This document shows, piece after piece, positions 12,101 to 24,400 of a stretch of DNA of 64,000 nucleotides. The notes under the pieces are model-generated. The model ran no database searches, was not told where the DNA came from, and saw only the letters and a program-made list of their open reading frames with translations. The position numbers and the translations under genes were made by a program. Where the stretch lies: positions 59,458,001 through 59,522,000 of the forward strand of contig OZ024745.1 of the NCBI GenBank assembly GCA_964016885.1, read 5' to 3'. Each line of letters begins with the position of its first letter. Within the stretch, counting starts at the first letter, position 1. The stretch comes from Eledone cirrhosa (taxonomy: Eukaryota).

Positions 12101-15100
12101 TGAGAACCTCGACTTGGAGTGAGAACCTCGACTTGGAGTGAGAACCTCGACTTGGAGTGAAAACCGCGACTTGGAGTGAAAACCGCGACTTGGAGTGAAA
12201 ACCTCGACTTGGAGTGAAAACCTCGACTTGGAGTGACAACCTCGACTTGGAGTGAAAACCTCGACTTGGAGTGAAAACCCCGACTTGGAGTGAAAACCTC
12301 GACTTGGAGTGAGAACCTCGACTTGGAGTGAAAACCTCGACTTGGAGTGAGAACCTCGACTTGGAGTGAGAACCTCGACTTGGAGTGAAAACCGCGACTT
12401 GGAGTGAGAACCTCGACTTGGAGTGAAAACCGCGACTTGGAGTGAGAACCTCGACTTGGAGTGAGAACCTCGACTTGGAGTGAGAACCTCGACTTGGAGT
12501 GAGAACCTCGACTTGGAGTGAGAACCTCGACTTGGAGTGAACACCTCGACTTGGAGTGAGAACCTCGACTTGGAGTGAGATCCTCGACTTGGAGTGAAAA
12601 CCGCGACTTGGAGTGAAAACCTCGACTTGGAGTGAAAACCTCGACTTGGAGTGAAAACCTCGACTTGGAGTGAAAACCTCGACTTGGAGTGAAAACCTCG
12701 ACTTGGAGTGAGAACCTCGACTTGGAGTGAAAACCTCGACTTTGAGTGAAAACCTCGCCTTGGAGTGAAAACCTCGACTTGGAGTGAAAACCTCGACTTG
12801 GAGTGAGAACCTCGACTTGGAGTGAAAACCTCGACTTGGAGTGAGAACCTCGACTTGGAGTGAAAACCTCGACTTGGAGTGAAAACCTCGACTTGGAGTG
12901 AGAACCTCGACTTGGAGTGAAAACCTCGACTTGGAGTGAAAACCTCGACTTGGAGTGAAAACCTCGACTTGGAGTGAAAACCTCGACTTGGAGTGAGAAC
13001 CTCGACTTGGAGTGAAAACCTCGCTTTGGAGTGAAAACCTCGACTTGGAGTGAAAACCTCGACTTGGAGTGAGAACCTCGACTTGGAGTGAAAACCTCGA
13101 CTTGGAGTGAGAACCTCGACTTGGAGTGAGAACCTCGACTTGGAGTGAAAACCTCGACATGGAGTGAAAACCTCGACTTGGAGTGAAAACCTCGACATGG
13201 AGTGAGAACCTCGACTTGGAGTGAGAACCTCGACATGGAGTGAAAACCGCGACTTGGAGTGAGAACCTCGACTTGGAGTGAAAACCTCGACTTGGAGTGA
13301 AAACCTCGACTTGGAGTGAGAACCTCGACTTGGAGTGAAAACCTCGACTTGGAGTGAGAACCTCGGCTTGGAGTGAAAACCTCGACTTTGAGTGAGAACC
13401 TCGATTGGAGTGAAAACCTCGACTTGGAGTGAAAACCTCGACTTGGAGTGAGAACCTCGACTTGGAGTCAAAACCTCGACTTGGAGTGAAAACCTCGACT
13501 TGGAGTGAAAACCCCGACTTGGAGTGAAAACCTCGACTTGGAGTGAGAACCTCGACTTGGAGTGAAAACCTCGACTTGGAGTGAGAACCTCGACTTGGAG
13601 TGAGAACCTCGACTTGGAGTGAAAACCTCGACTTGGAGTGAGAACCTCGACTTGGAGTGAAAACCTCGACTTTGAGTGAGAACCTCGCCTTGGAGTGAAA
13701 ACCTCGACTTGGAGTGAAAACCTCGACTTGGAATGAGAACCTCGACTTGGAGTGAAAACCTCGACTTGGAGTGAGAACCTCGACTTGGAGTGAAAACCTC
13801 GACTTGGAGTGAGAACCTCGACTTGGAGTGAAAACCTCGCTTTGGAGTGAAAACCTCGACTTGGAGTGAAAACCTCGCTTTGGAGTGAAAACCTCGACTT
13901 GGAGTGAAAACCTCGACTTGGAGTGACAACCTCGACTTGGAGTGAAAACCTCGACTTGGAGTGAGAACCTCGACTTGGAGTGAGAACCTCGACTTGGAGT
14001 GAGAACCTCGACTTGGAGTGAAAACCTCGACTTGGAGTGAAAACCTCGACATGGAGTGAGAACCTCGACTTGGAGTGAGAACCTCGACATGGAGTGAAAA
14101 CCGCGACTTGGAGTGAGAACCTCGACTTGGAGTGAAAACCTCGACTTGGAGTGAGAACCTCGACTTGGAGTGAGAACCTCGACTTGGAGTGAGAACCTCG
14201 ACTTGGAGTGAGAACCTCGACTTGGAGTGAGAACCTCGACTTGGAGTGAGAACCTCGACTTGGAGTGAGAACCTCGACTTGGAGTGAAAACCTCGACTTG
14301 GAGTGAAAACCTCGACTTGGAGTGAAAACCTCGACTTGGAGTGAAAACCTCGACTTGGAGTGAAAACCTCGACTTGGAGTGAAAACCTCGACTTGGAGTG
14401 AAAACCCCGACTTGGAGTGAAAACCTCGACTTGGAGTGAAAACCTCGACTTGGAGTGAGAACCTCGACTTGGAGTGAGAACCTCGACTTGGAGTGAAAAC
14501 CGCGACTTGGAGTGAGAACCTCGACTTGGAGTGAAAACCTCGACTTGGAGTGAGAACCTCGACTTGGAGTGAAAACCTCGACTTGGAGTGAAAACCTCGA
14601 CTTGGAGTGAGAACCTCGACTTGGAGTGAGAACCTCGACTTGGAGTGAGAACCTCGACTTGGAGTGAAAACCTCGACTTGGAGTGAAAACCTCGACTTGG
14701 AGTGAGAACCTCGACTTGGAGTGAAAACCGCGACTTGGAGTGAAAACCTCGACTTGGAGTGAAAACCTCGACTTGGAGTGAAAACCTCGACTTGGAGTGA
14801 AAACCTCGACTTGGAGTGAAAACCTCGACTTGGAGTGAGAACCTCGACTTGGAGTGAAAACCTCGACTTTGAGTGAAAACCTCGCCTTGGAGTGAAAACC
14901 TCGACTTGGAGTGAAAAGCTCGACTTGGAGTGAGAACCTCGACTTGGAGTGAAAACCTCGACTTGGAGTGAGAACCTCGACTTGGAGTGAAAACCTCGAC
15001 TTGGAGTGAAAACCTCGACTTGGAGTGAAAACCTCGACTTGGAGTGAAAACCTCGACTTGGAGTGAGAACCTCGACTTGGAGGGAAAACCTCGCTTTGGA

Positions 15101-18100
15101 GTGAAAACCTCGACTTGGAGTGAAAACCTCGACTTGGAGTGAGAACCTCGACTTGGAGTGAAAACCTCGACTTGGAGTGAGAACCTCGACTTGGAGTGGG
15201 AACCTCGACTTGGAGTGAAAACCTCGACTTGGAGTGAGAACCTCGACTTGGAGTGAAAACCTCGACTTGGAGTGAGAACCTCGACTTGGAGTGAAAACCT
15301 CGCTTTGGAGTGAAAACCTCGACTTGGAGTGAAAACCTCGCTTTGGAGTGAAAACCTCGACTTGGAGTGAAAACCTCGACTTGGAGTGACAACCTCGACT
15401 TGGAGTGAAAACCTCGACTTGGAGTGAGAACCTCGACTTGGAGTGAGAACCTCGACTTGGAGTGAGAACCTCGACTTGGAGTGAAAACCTCGACTTGGAG
15501 TGAAAACCTCGACATGGAGTGAGAACCTCGACTTGGAGTGAGAACCTCGACATGGAGTGAAAACCGCGACTTGGAGTGAGAACCTCGACTTGGAGTGAAA
15601 ACCTCGACTTGGAGTGAGAACCTCGACTTGGAGTGAGAACCTCGACTTGGAGTGAGAACCTCGACTTGGAGTGAGAACCTCGACTTGGAGTGAGAACCTC
15701 GACTTGGAGTGAGAACCTCGACTTGGAGTGAGAACCTCGACTTGGAGTGAAAACCTCGACTTGGAGTGAAAACCTCGACTTGGAGTGAAAACCTCGACTT
15801 GGAGTGAAAACCTCGACTTGGAGTGAAAACCTCGACTTGGAGTGAAAACCTCGACTTGGAGTGAAAACCCCGACTTGGAGTGAAAACCTCGACTTGGAGT
15901 GAAAACCTCGACTTGGAGTGAGAACCTCGACTTGGAGTGAGAACCTCGACTTGGAGTGAAAACCGCGACTTGGAGTGAGAACCTCGACTTGGAGTGAAAA
16001 CCTCGACTTGGAGTGAGAACCTCGACTTGGAGTGAAAACCTCGACTTGGAGTGAAAACCTCGACTTGGAGTGAGAACCTCGACTTGGAGTGAGAACCTCG
16101 ACTTGGAGTGAGAACCTCGACTTGGAGTGAAAACCTCGACTTGGAGTGAAAACCTCGACTTGGAGTGAGAACCTCGACTTGGAGTGAAAACCGCGACTTG
16201 GAGTGAAAACCTCGACTTGGAGTGAAAACCTCGACTTGGAGTGAAAACCTCGACTTGGAGTGAAAACCTCGACTTGGAGTGAAAACCTCGACTTGGAGTG
16301 AGAACCTCGACTTGGAGTGAAAACCTCGACTTTGAGTGAAAACCTCGCCTTGGAGTGAAAACCTCGACTTGGAGTGAAAAGCTCGACTTGGAGTGAGAAC
16401 CTCGACTTGGAGTGAAAACCTCGACTTGGAGTGAGAACCTCGACTTGGAGTGAAAACCTCGACTTGGAGTGAAAACCTCGACTTGGAGTGAAAACCTCGA
16501 CTTGGAGTGAAAACCTCGACTTGGAGTGAGAACCTCGACTTGGAGGGAAAACCTCGCTTTGGAGTGAAAACCTCGACTTGGAGTGAAAACCTCGACTTGG
16601 AGTGAGAACCTCGACTTGGAGTGAAAACCTCGACTTGGAGTGAGAACCTCGACTTGGAGTGGGAACCTCGACTTGGAGTGAAAACCTCGACATGGAGTGA
16701 AAACCTCGACTTGGAGTGAAAACCTCGACATGGAGTGAGAACCTCGACTTGGAGTGAGAACCTCGACATGGAGTGAAAACCGCGACTTGGAGTGAGAACC
16801 TCGACTTGGAGTGAAAACCTCGACTTGGAGTGAAAACCTCGACTTGGAGTGAGAACCTCGACTTGGAGTGAAAACCTCGACTTGGAGTGAGAACCTCGCC
16901 TTGGAGTGAAAACCTCGACTTTGAGTGAGAACCTCGATTGGAGTGAAAACCTCGACTTGGAGTGAAAACCTCGACTTGGAGTGAGAACCTCGACTTGGAG
17001 TGAAAACCTCGGCTTGGAGTGAAAACCTCGACTTGGAGTGAAAACCTCGACTTGGAGTGAGAACCTCGACTTGGAGTGAAAACCTCGACTTGGAGTGAGA
17101 ACCTCGACTTGGAGTGAGAACCTCGACTTGGAGTGAAAACCTCGACTTGGAGTGAAAACCTCGACTTGGAGTGAGAACCTCGACTTGGAGTGAGAACCTC
17201 GACTTGGAGTGAAAACCTCGACTTGGAGTGAGAACCTCGACTTGGAGTGAGAACCTCGACTTGGAGTGAGAACCTCGACTTGGAGTGAAAACCTCGACTT
17301 GAAGTGAGAACCTCGACTTGGAGTGAAAACCTCGACTTGGAGTGAGAACCTCGACTTGGAGTGAAAACCTCGACTTGGAGAGAGAACCTCGACTTGGAGT
17401 GAGAACCTCGACTTGGAGTGAAAACCTCGACTTGGAGTGAGAACCTCGACTTGGAGTGAAAACCTCGACTTGGAGTGAGAACCTCGCCTTGGAGTGAAAA
17501 CCTCGACTTGGAGTGAAAACCTCGACTTGGAGTGAAAACCTCGACTTGGAGTGAAAACCTCGACTTGGAGTGAAAACCTCGATTTGGAGTGAAAACCTCG
17601 ACTTGGAGTGAGAACCTCGATTTGGAGTGAAAACCTCGACTTGGAGTGAGAACCTCGATTTGGAGTGAGAACCTCGACTTGGAGTGAGAACCTCGACTTG
17701 GAGTGAGAACCTCGACTTGGAGTGAGAACCTCGACTTGGAGTGAAAACCTCGACTTGGAGTGAGAACCTCGACTTGGAGTGAAAACCTCGACTTGGAGTG
17801 AGAACCTCGCCTTGGAGTGAAAACCTCGACTTGGAGTGAGAACCTCGCCTTGGAGTGAGAACCTCGACTTGGAGTGAAAACCTCGACTTGGAGTGAGAAC
17901 CTCGACTTGGATTGAAAACCTCGACTTGGAGTGAGAACCTCGACTTGGAGTGAGAACCTCGACTTGGAGTGAGAACCTCGACTTGGGGTGAGAACCTCGA
18001 CTTGGAGTGAAAACCTCGACTTGGAGTGAAAACCTCGACTTGGAGTGAAAACCTCGACTTGGAGTGAAAACCTCGACTTGGAGTGAAAACCTCGACTTGG

Positions 18101-18400
18101 AGTGAGAACCTCGACTTGGAGTGAAAACCTCGACTTGGAGTGAAAACCTCGACTTGGAGTGAAAACCTCGACTTGGAGTGAGAACCTCGACTTGGAGTGA
18201 CAACCTCGACTTGGAGTGAAAACCTCGACTTGGAGTGAGAACCTCGACTTGGAGTGAGAACCTCGACTTGGAGTGAAAACCTCGACTTGGAGTGAGAACC
18301 TCGACTTGGAGTGAGAACCTCGACTTGGAGTGAAAACCTCGACTTGGAGTGAGAACCTCGACTTGGAGTGAGAACCTCGACTTGGAGTGAGAACCTCGAC
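6150..18400. repeat. HOR family B domain (about 1.3-kb sub-units, a 2564-bp duplication and a 1463-bp duplication)
   Basis: A different marker set is used: CGCTTT, CTTTGAG, GGAATG, CCGCG and 18-bp GATTGG monomers. GAATG occurs at 7748, 9021, 10312, 11623 and 13731. The CCTAG, CTCGAG and TGCAG markers of family A are absent. Confidence 0.8.
13750..16675. repeat. Near-exact tandem duplication of 77 monomers (1463 bp)
   Basis: Rare markers AAAAGCTC (14918, 16381), GAGGGAAAACCTCGCTTT (about 15081, 16544) and GTGGGAAC (about 15197, 16660) are each exactly 1463 bp apart. Confidence 0.85.
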
Positions 18401-21400
18401 TTGGAGTGAGAACCTCGACTTGGGGTGAAAACCTCGACTTGGAGTGAGAACCTCGACTTGGAGTGAAAACCTCGACTTGGAGTGAAAACCCCGACTTGGA
18501 GTGAGAACCCCGACTTGGAGTGAGAACCCCGACTTGGAGTGAAAACCTCGACTTGGAGTGAGAACCTCGACTTGGAGTGAGAACCTCGACTTGGAGTGAG
18601 AACCTCGACTTGGAGTGAGAACCTCGACTTGGAGTGAGAACCTCGACTTGGAGTGAAAACCTCGACTTGGAGTGAAAACCTCGACTTGGAGTGAAAACCT
18701 CGACTTGGAGTGAGAACCTCGACTTGGAGTGAAAACCTCGACTTGGAGTGAGAACCTCGACTTGGAGTGAAAACCTCGACTTGGAGTGAGAACCTCGACT
18801 TGGAGTGAAAACCTCGACTTGGAGTGAGAACCTCGCCTTGGAGTGAAAACATCGACTTGGAGTGAAAACCTCGCCTTGGAGTGAAAACCTCGACTTGGAG
18901 TGAAAATCTCGACTTGGAGTGAAAACATCGACTTGGAGTGAAAACCTCGACTTGGAGTGAAAACCTCGACTTGGAGTGAAAACCTCGACTTGGAGTGAAA
19001 ACCTCGACTTGGAGTGAAAACCTCGACGTGGAGTGAAAACCTCGACTTGGAGTGAAAACCTCGACTTGGAGTCAAAACCTCGACTTGGAGTCAAAACCTC
19101 GACTTGGAGTGAAAACCTCGACTTGGAGTGAAAACCTCGACTTGGAGTGAAAACCTCGACTTGGAGTGAGAACCTCGACTTGGAGTGAAAACCTCGATTT
19201 GAAGTGAAAACCTCGACTTGGAGTGAAAACCTCGACTTGGAGTGAAAACCTCGACATGGAGTGAAAACCTCGACTTGGAGTGAAAACCTCGACATGGAGT
19301 GAAAACCTCGACTTGCAGTGAAAACCTCGACTTGGAGTGAAAACCTCGACTTGCAGTGAAAACCTCGACTTGCAGTGAAAACCTCGACTTGGAGTGAAAA
19401 CCTCGACTTGGAGTGAGAACCTCGACTTGGAGTGAAAACCTCGACTTGGAGTGAGTACCTCAACTTGGAGTGAGAACCTCGACTTGGAGTGAAAACCTCG
19501 ACTTGGAGTGAAAACCTCGACTTGGAGTGAAAACCTCGACTTGGAGTGAAAACCTCGACTTGGAGTGAAAACCTCGGCTTGGAGTGAAAACCTCGACTTG
19601 GAGTGAAAACCTCGGCTTGGAGTGAAAACCTCGATTTGGAGTGAAAACCTAGACTTGGAGTGAAAACCTCGATTTGGAGTGAAAACCTAGACTTGGAGTG
19701 AAAACCTCGATTTGGAGTGAAAACCTAGACTTGGAGTGAAAACCTCGATTTGGAGTGAGAACCTCGAGTTGGAGTGAGAACCTCGACTTGGAGTGAAAAC
19801 CTCGACTTGGAGTGAGAACCTCGACTTGGAGTGAAAACCTCGACTTGGAGTGAGAACCTCGACTTGGAGTGAAAACCTCGACTTGGAGTGAGAACCTCGA
19901 CTTGGAGTGAGAACCGCGACTTGGAGTGAAAACCTCGACTTGGAGTGAGAACCTCGACTTGGAGTGAGAACCTCGACTTGGAGTGAGAACCTCGACTTGG
20001 AGTGAGAACCTCGACTTGGAGTGAAAACCTCGACTTGGAGTGAAAACCTCGACTTGGAGTGAAAACCTCGACTTGGAGTGAAAACCTCGACTTGGAGTGA
20101 AAACCTCGACTTGGAGTGAAAACCTCGACTTGGAGTGACAACCTCGACTTGGAGTGACAACCTCGACTTGGAGTGACAACCTCGACTTGGAGTGAGAACC
20201 TCGACTTGGAGTGAGAACCTCGACTTGGAGTGAGAACCTCGACTTGGAGTGAAAACCTCGACTTGGAGTGAGAACCTCGACTTGGGGTGAAAACCTCGAC
20301 TTGGAGTGAGAACCTCGACTTGGAGTGAAAACCTCGACTTGGAGTGAGAACCTCGACTTGGGGTGAAAACCTCGACTTGGAGTGAGAACCTCGACTTGGA
20401 GTGAGAACCTCGACTTGGGGTGAAAACCTCGACTTGGAGTGAAAACCTCGACTTGGAGTGAGAACCTCGACTTGGAGTGAAAACCTCGACTTGGAGTGAG
20501 AACCTCGACTTGGAGTGAGAACCTCGACTTGGAGTGAGAACCTCGACTTGGAGTGAAAACCTCGACTTGGAGTGAAAACCTCGACTTGGAGTGAAAACCT
20601 CGACTTGGAGTGAAAACCTCGACTTGGAGTGAAAACCTCGACTAGGAGTGAAAACCTCGACTTGGAGTGAAAACCTCGACTAGGAGTGAAAACCTCGACT
20701 TGGAGTGAGAACCTCGACTTGGAGTGAAAACCTCGATTTGGAGTGAAAACCTCGACTTGGAGTGAGAACCTCGACTTGGAGTGAAAACCTCGACATGGAG
20801 TGAAAACCTCGACTTGGAGTGAAAACCTCGACATGGAGTGAAAACCTCGACATGGAGTGAAAACCTCGACTTGGAGTGAGAACCTCGACTTGGAGTGAAA
20901 ACCTCGACATGGAGTGAAAACCTCGACTTGGAGTGAGAACCTCGACTTGGAGTGAAAACCTCGACTTGGAGTGAAAACCTCGACTTGGAGTGAAAACCTC
21001 GACTTGGAGTGAAAACCTCGACTTGGAGTGAGAACCTCGACTTGGAGTGAAAACCTCGACTTGGAGTGAGAACCTCGAATTGGAGTGAAAACCTCGACTT
21101 GGAGTGAGAACCTCGACTTGGAGTGAAAACCTCGACTTGGAGTGAGAACCCCGACTTGGAGTGAAAACCTCGACTTGGAGTGAGAACCCCGACTTGGAGT
21201 GAAAACCTCGACTTGGAGTGAGAACCTCGACTTGGAGTGAAAACCTCGACTTGGAGTGAGAACCTCGACTTGGAGTGAAAACCTCGACTTGGAGTGAGAA
21301 CCTCGACTTGGAGTGAAAACCTCGACTTGGAGTGAGAACCTCGCCTTGGAGTGAAAACATCGACTTGGAGTGAAAACCTCGCCTTGGAGTGAAAACCTCG

Positions 21401-24400
21401 ACTTGGAGTGAAAATCTCGACTTGGAGTGAAAACATCGACTTGGAGTGAAAACCTCGACTTGGAGTGAAAACCTCGACTTGGAGTGAAAACCTCGACTTG
21501 GAGTGAAAACCTCGACGTGGAGTGAAAACCTCGACTTGGAGTGAAAACCTCGACTTGGAGTCAAAACCTCGACTTGGAGTCAAAACCTCGACTTGGAGTG
21601 AAAACCTCGACTTGGAGTGAAAACCTCGACTTGGAGTGAAAACCTCGACTTGGAGTGAGAACCTCGACTTGGAGTGAAAACCTCGATTTGAAGTGAAAAC
21701 CTCGACTTGGAGTGAAAACCTCGACTTGGAGTGAAAACCTCGACATGGAGTGAAAACCTCGACTTGGAGTGAAAACCTCGACATGGAGTGAAAACCTCGA
21801 CTTGGAGTGAAAACCTCGACTTGGAGTGAAAACCTCGACTTGGAGTGAAAACCTCGGCTTGGAGTGAAAACCTCGACTTGGAGTGAAAACCTCGGCTTGG
21901 AGTGAAAACCTCGATTTGGAGTGAAAACCTAGACTTGGAGTGAAAACCTCGATTTGGAGTGAAAACCTAGACTTGGAGTGAAAACCTCGATTTGGAGTGA
22001 AAACCTAGACTTGGAGTGAAAACCTCGATTTGGAGTGAGAACCTCGAGTTGGAGTGAGAACCTCGACTTGGAGTGAAAACCTCGACTTGGAGTGAGAACC
22101 TCGACTTGGAGTGAAAACCTCGACTTGGAGTGAGAACCTCGACTTGGAGTGAAAACCTCGACTTGGAGTGAGAACCTCGACTTGGAGTGAGAACCGCGAC
22201 TTGGAGTGAAAACCTCGACTTGGAGTGAGAACCTCGACTTGGAGTGAGAACCTCGACTTGGAGTGAGAACCTCGACTTGGAGTGAGAACCTCGACTTGGA
22301 GTGAAAACCTCGACTTGGAGTGAAAACCTCGACTTGGAGTGAAAACCTCGACTTGGAGTGAAAACCTCGACTTGGAGTGAAAACCTCGACTTGGAGTGAA
22401 AACCTCGACTTGGAGTGACAACCTCGACTTGGAGTGACAACCTCGACTTGGAGTGAGAACCTCGACTTGGAGTGAGAACCTCGACTTGGAGTGAGAACCT
22501 CGACTTGGAGTGAAAACCTCGACTTGGAGTGAGAACCTCGACTTGGGGTGAAAACCTCGACTTGGAGTGAGAACCTCGACTTGGAGTGAAAACCTCGACT
22601 TGGAGTGAGAACCTCGACTTGGGGTGAAAACCTCGACTTGGAGTGAGAACCTCGACTTGGAGTGAGAACCTCGACTTGGGGTGAAAACCTCGACTTGGAG
22701 TGAAAACCTCGACTTGGAGTGAGAACCTCGACTTGGAGTGAAAACCTCGACTTGGGGTGAGAACCTCGACTTGGAGTGAGAACCTCGACTTGGAGTGAGA
22801 ACCTCGACTTGGAGTGAAAACCTCGACTTGGAGTGAAAACCTCGACTTGGAGTGAAAACCTCGACTTGGAGTGAAAACCTCGACTTGGAGTGAAAACCTC
22901 GACTAGGAGTGAAAACCTCGACTTGGAGTGAAAACCTCGACTAGGAGTGAAAACCTCGACTTGGAGTGAGAACCTCGACTTGGAGTGAAAACCTCGATTT
23001 GGAGTGAAAACCTAGACTTGGAGTGAAAACCTCGATTTGGAGTGAAAACCTAGACTTGGAGTGAAAACCTCGATTTGGAGTGAAAACCTAGACTTGGAGT
23101 GAAAACCTCGATTTGGAGTGAGAACCTCGAGTTGGAGTGAGAACCTCGACTTGGAGTGAAAACCTCGACTTGGAGTGAGAACCTCGACTTGGAGTGAAAA
23201 CCTCGACTTGGAGTGAGAACCTCGACTTGGAGTGAAAACCTCGACTTGGAGTGAGAACCTCGACTTGGAGTGAGAACCGCGACTTGGAGTGAAAACCTCG
23301 ACTTGGAGTGAGAACCTCGACTTGGAGTGAGAACCTCGACTTGGAGTGAGAACCTCGACTTGGAGTGAGAACCTCGACTTGGAGTGAAAACCTCGACTTG
23401 GAGTGAAAACCTCGACTTGGAGTGAAAACCTCGACTTGGAGTGAAAACCTCGACTTGGAGTGAAAACCTCGACTTGGAGTGAAAACCTCGACTTGGAGTG
23501 ACAACCTCGACTTGGAGTGACAACCTCGACTTGGAGTGACAACCTCGACTTGGAGTGAGAACCTCGACTTGGAGTGAGAACCTCGACTTGGAGTGAGAAC
23601 CTCGACTTGGAGTGAAAACCTCGACTTGGAGTGAGAACCTCGACTTGGGGTGAAAACCTCGACTTGGAGTGAGAACCTCGACTTGGAGTGAAAACCTCGA
23701 CTTGGAGTGAGAACCTCGACTTGGGGTGAAAACCTCGACTTGGAGTGAGAACCTCGACTTGGAGTGAGAACCTCGACTTGGGGTGAAAACCTCGACTTGG
23801 AGTGAAAACCTCGACTTGGAGTGAGAACCTCGACTTGGAGTGAAAACCTCGACTTGGAGTGAGAACCTCGACTTGGAGTGAGAACCTCGACTTGGAGTGA
23901 GAACCTCAACTTGGAGTGAAAACCTCGACTTGGAGTGAAAACCTCGACTTGGAGTGAAAACCTCGACTTGGAGTGAAAACCTCGACTTGGAGTGAAAACC
24001 TCGACTAGGAGTGAAAACCTCGACTTGGAGTGAAAACCTCGACTAGGAGTGAAAACCTCGACTTGGAGTGAGAACCTCGACTTGGAGTGAAAACCTCGAT
24101 TTGGAGTGAAAACCTCGACTTGGAGTGAGAACCTCGACTTGGAGTGAAAACCTCGACATGGAGTGAAAACCTCGACTTGGAGTGAAAACCTCGACATGGA
24201 GTGAAAACCTCGACATGGAGTGAAAACCTCGACTTGGAGTGAGAACCTCGACTTGGAGTGAAAACCTCGACTTGGAGTGAAAACCTCGACTTGGAGTGAG
24301 AACCTCGACTTGGAGTGAAAACCTCGACTTGGAGTGAAAACCTCGACTTGGAGTGAAAACCTCGACTTGGAGTGAAAACCTCGACTTGGAGTGAGAACCT

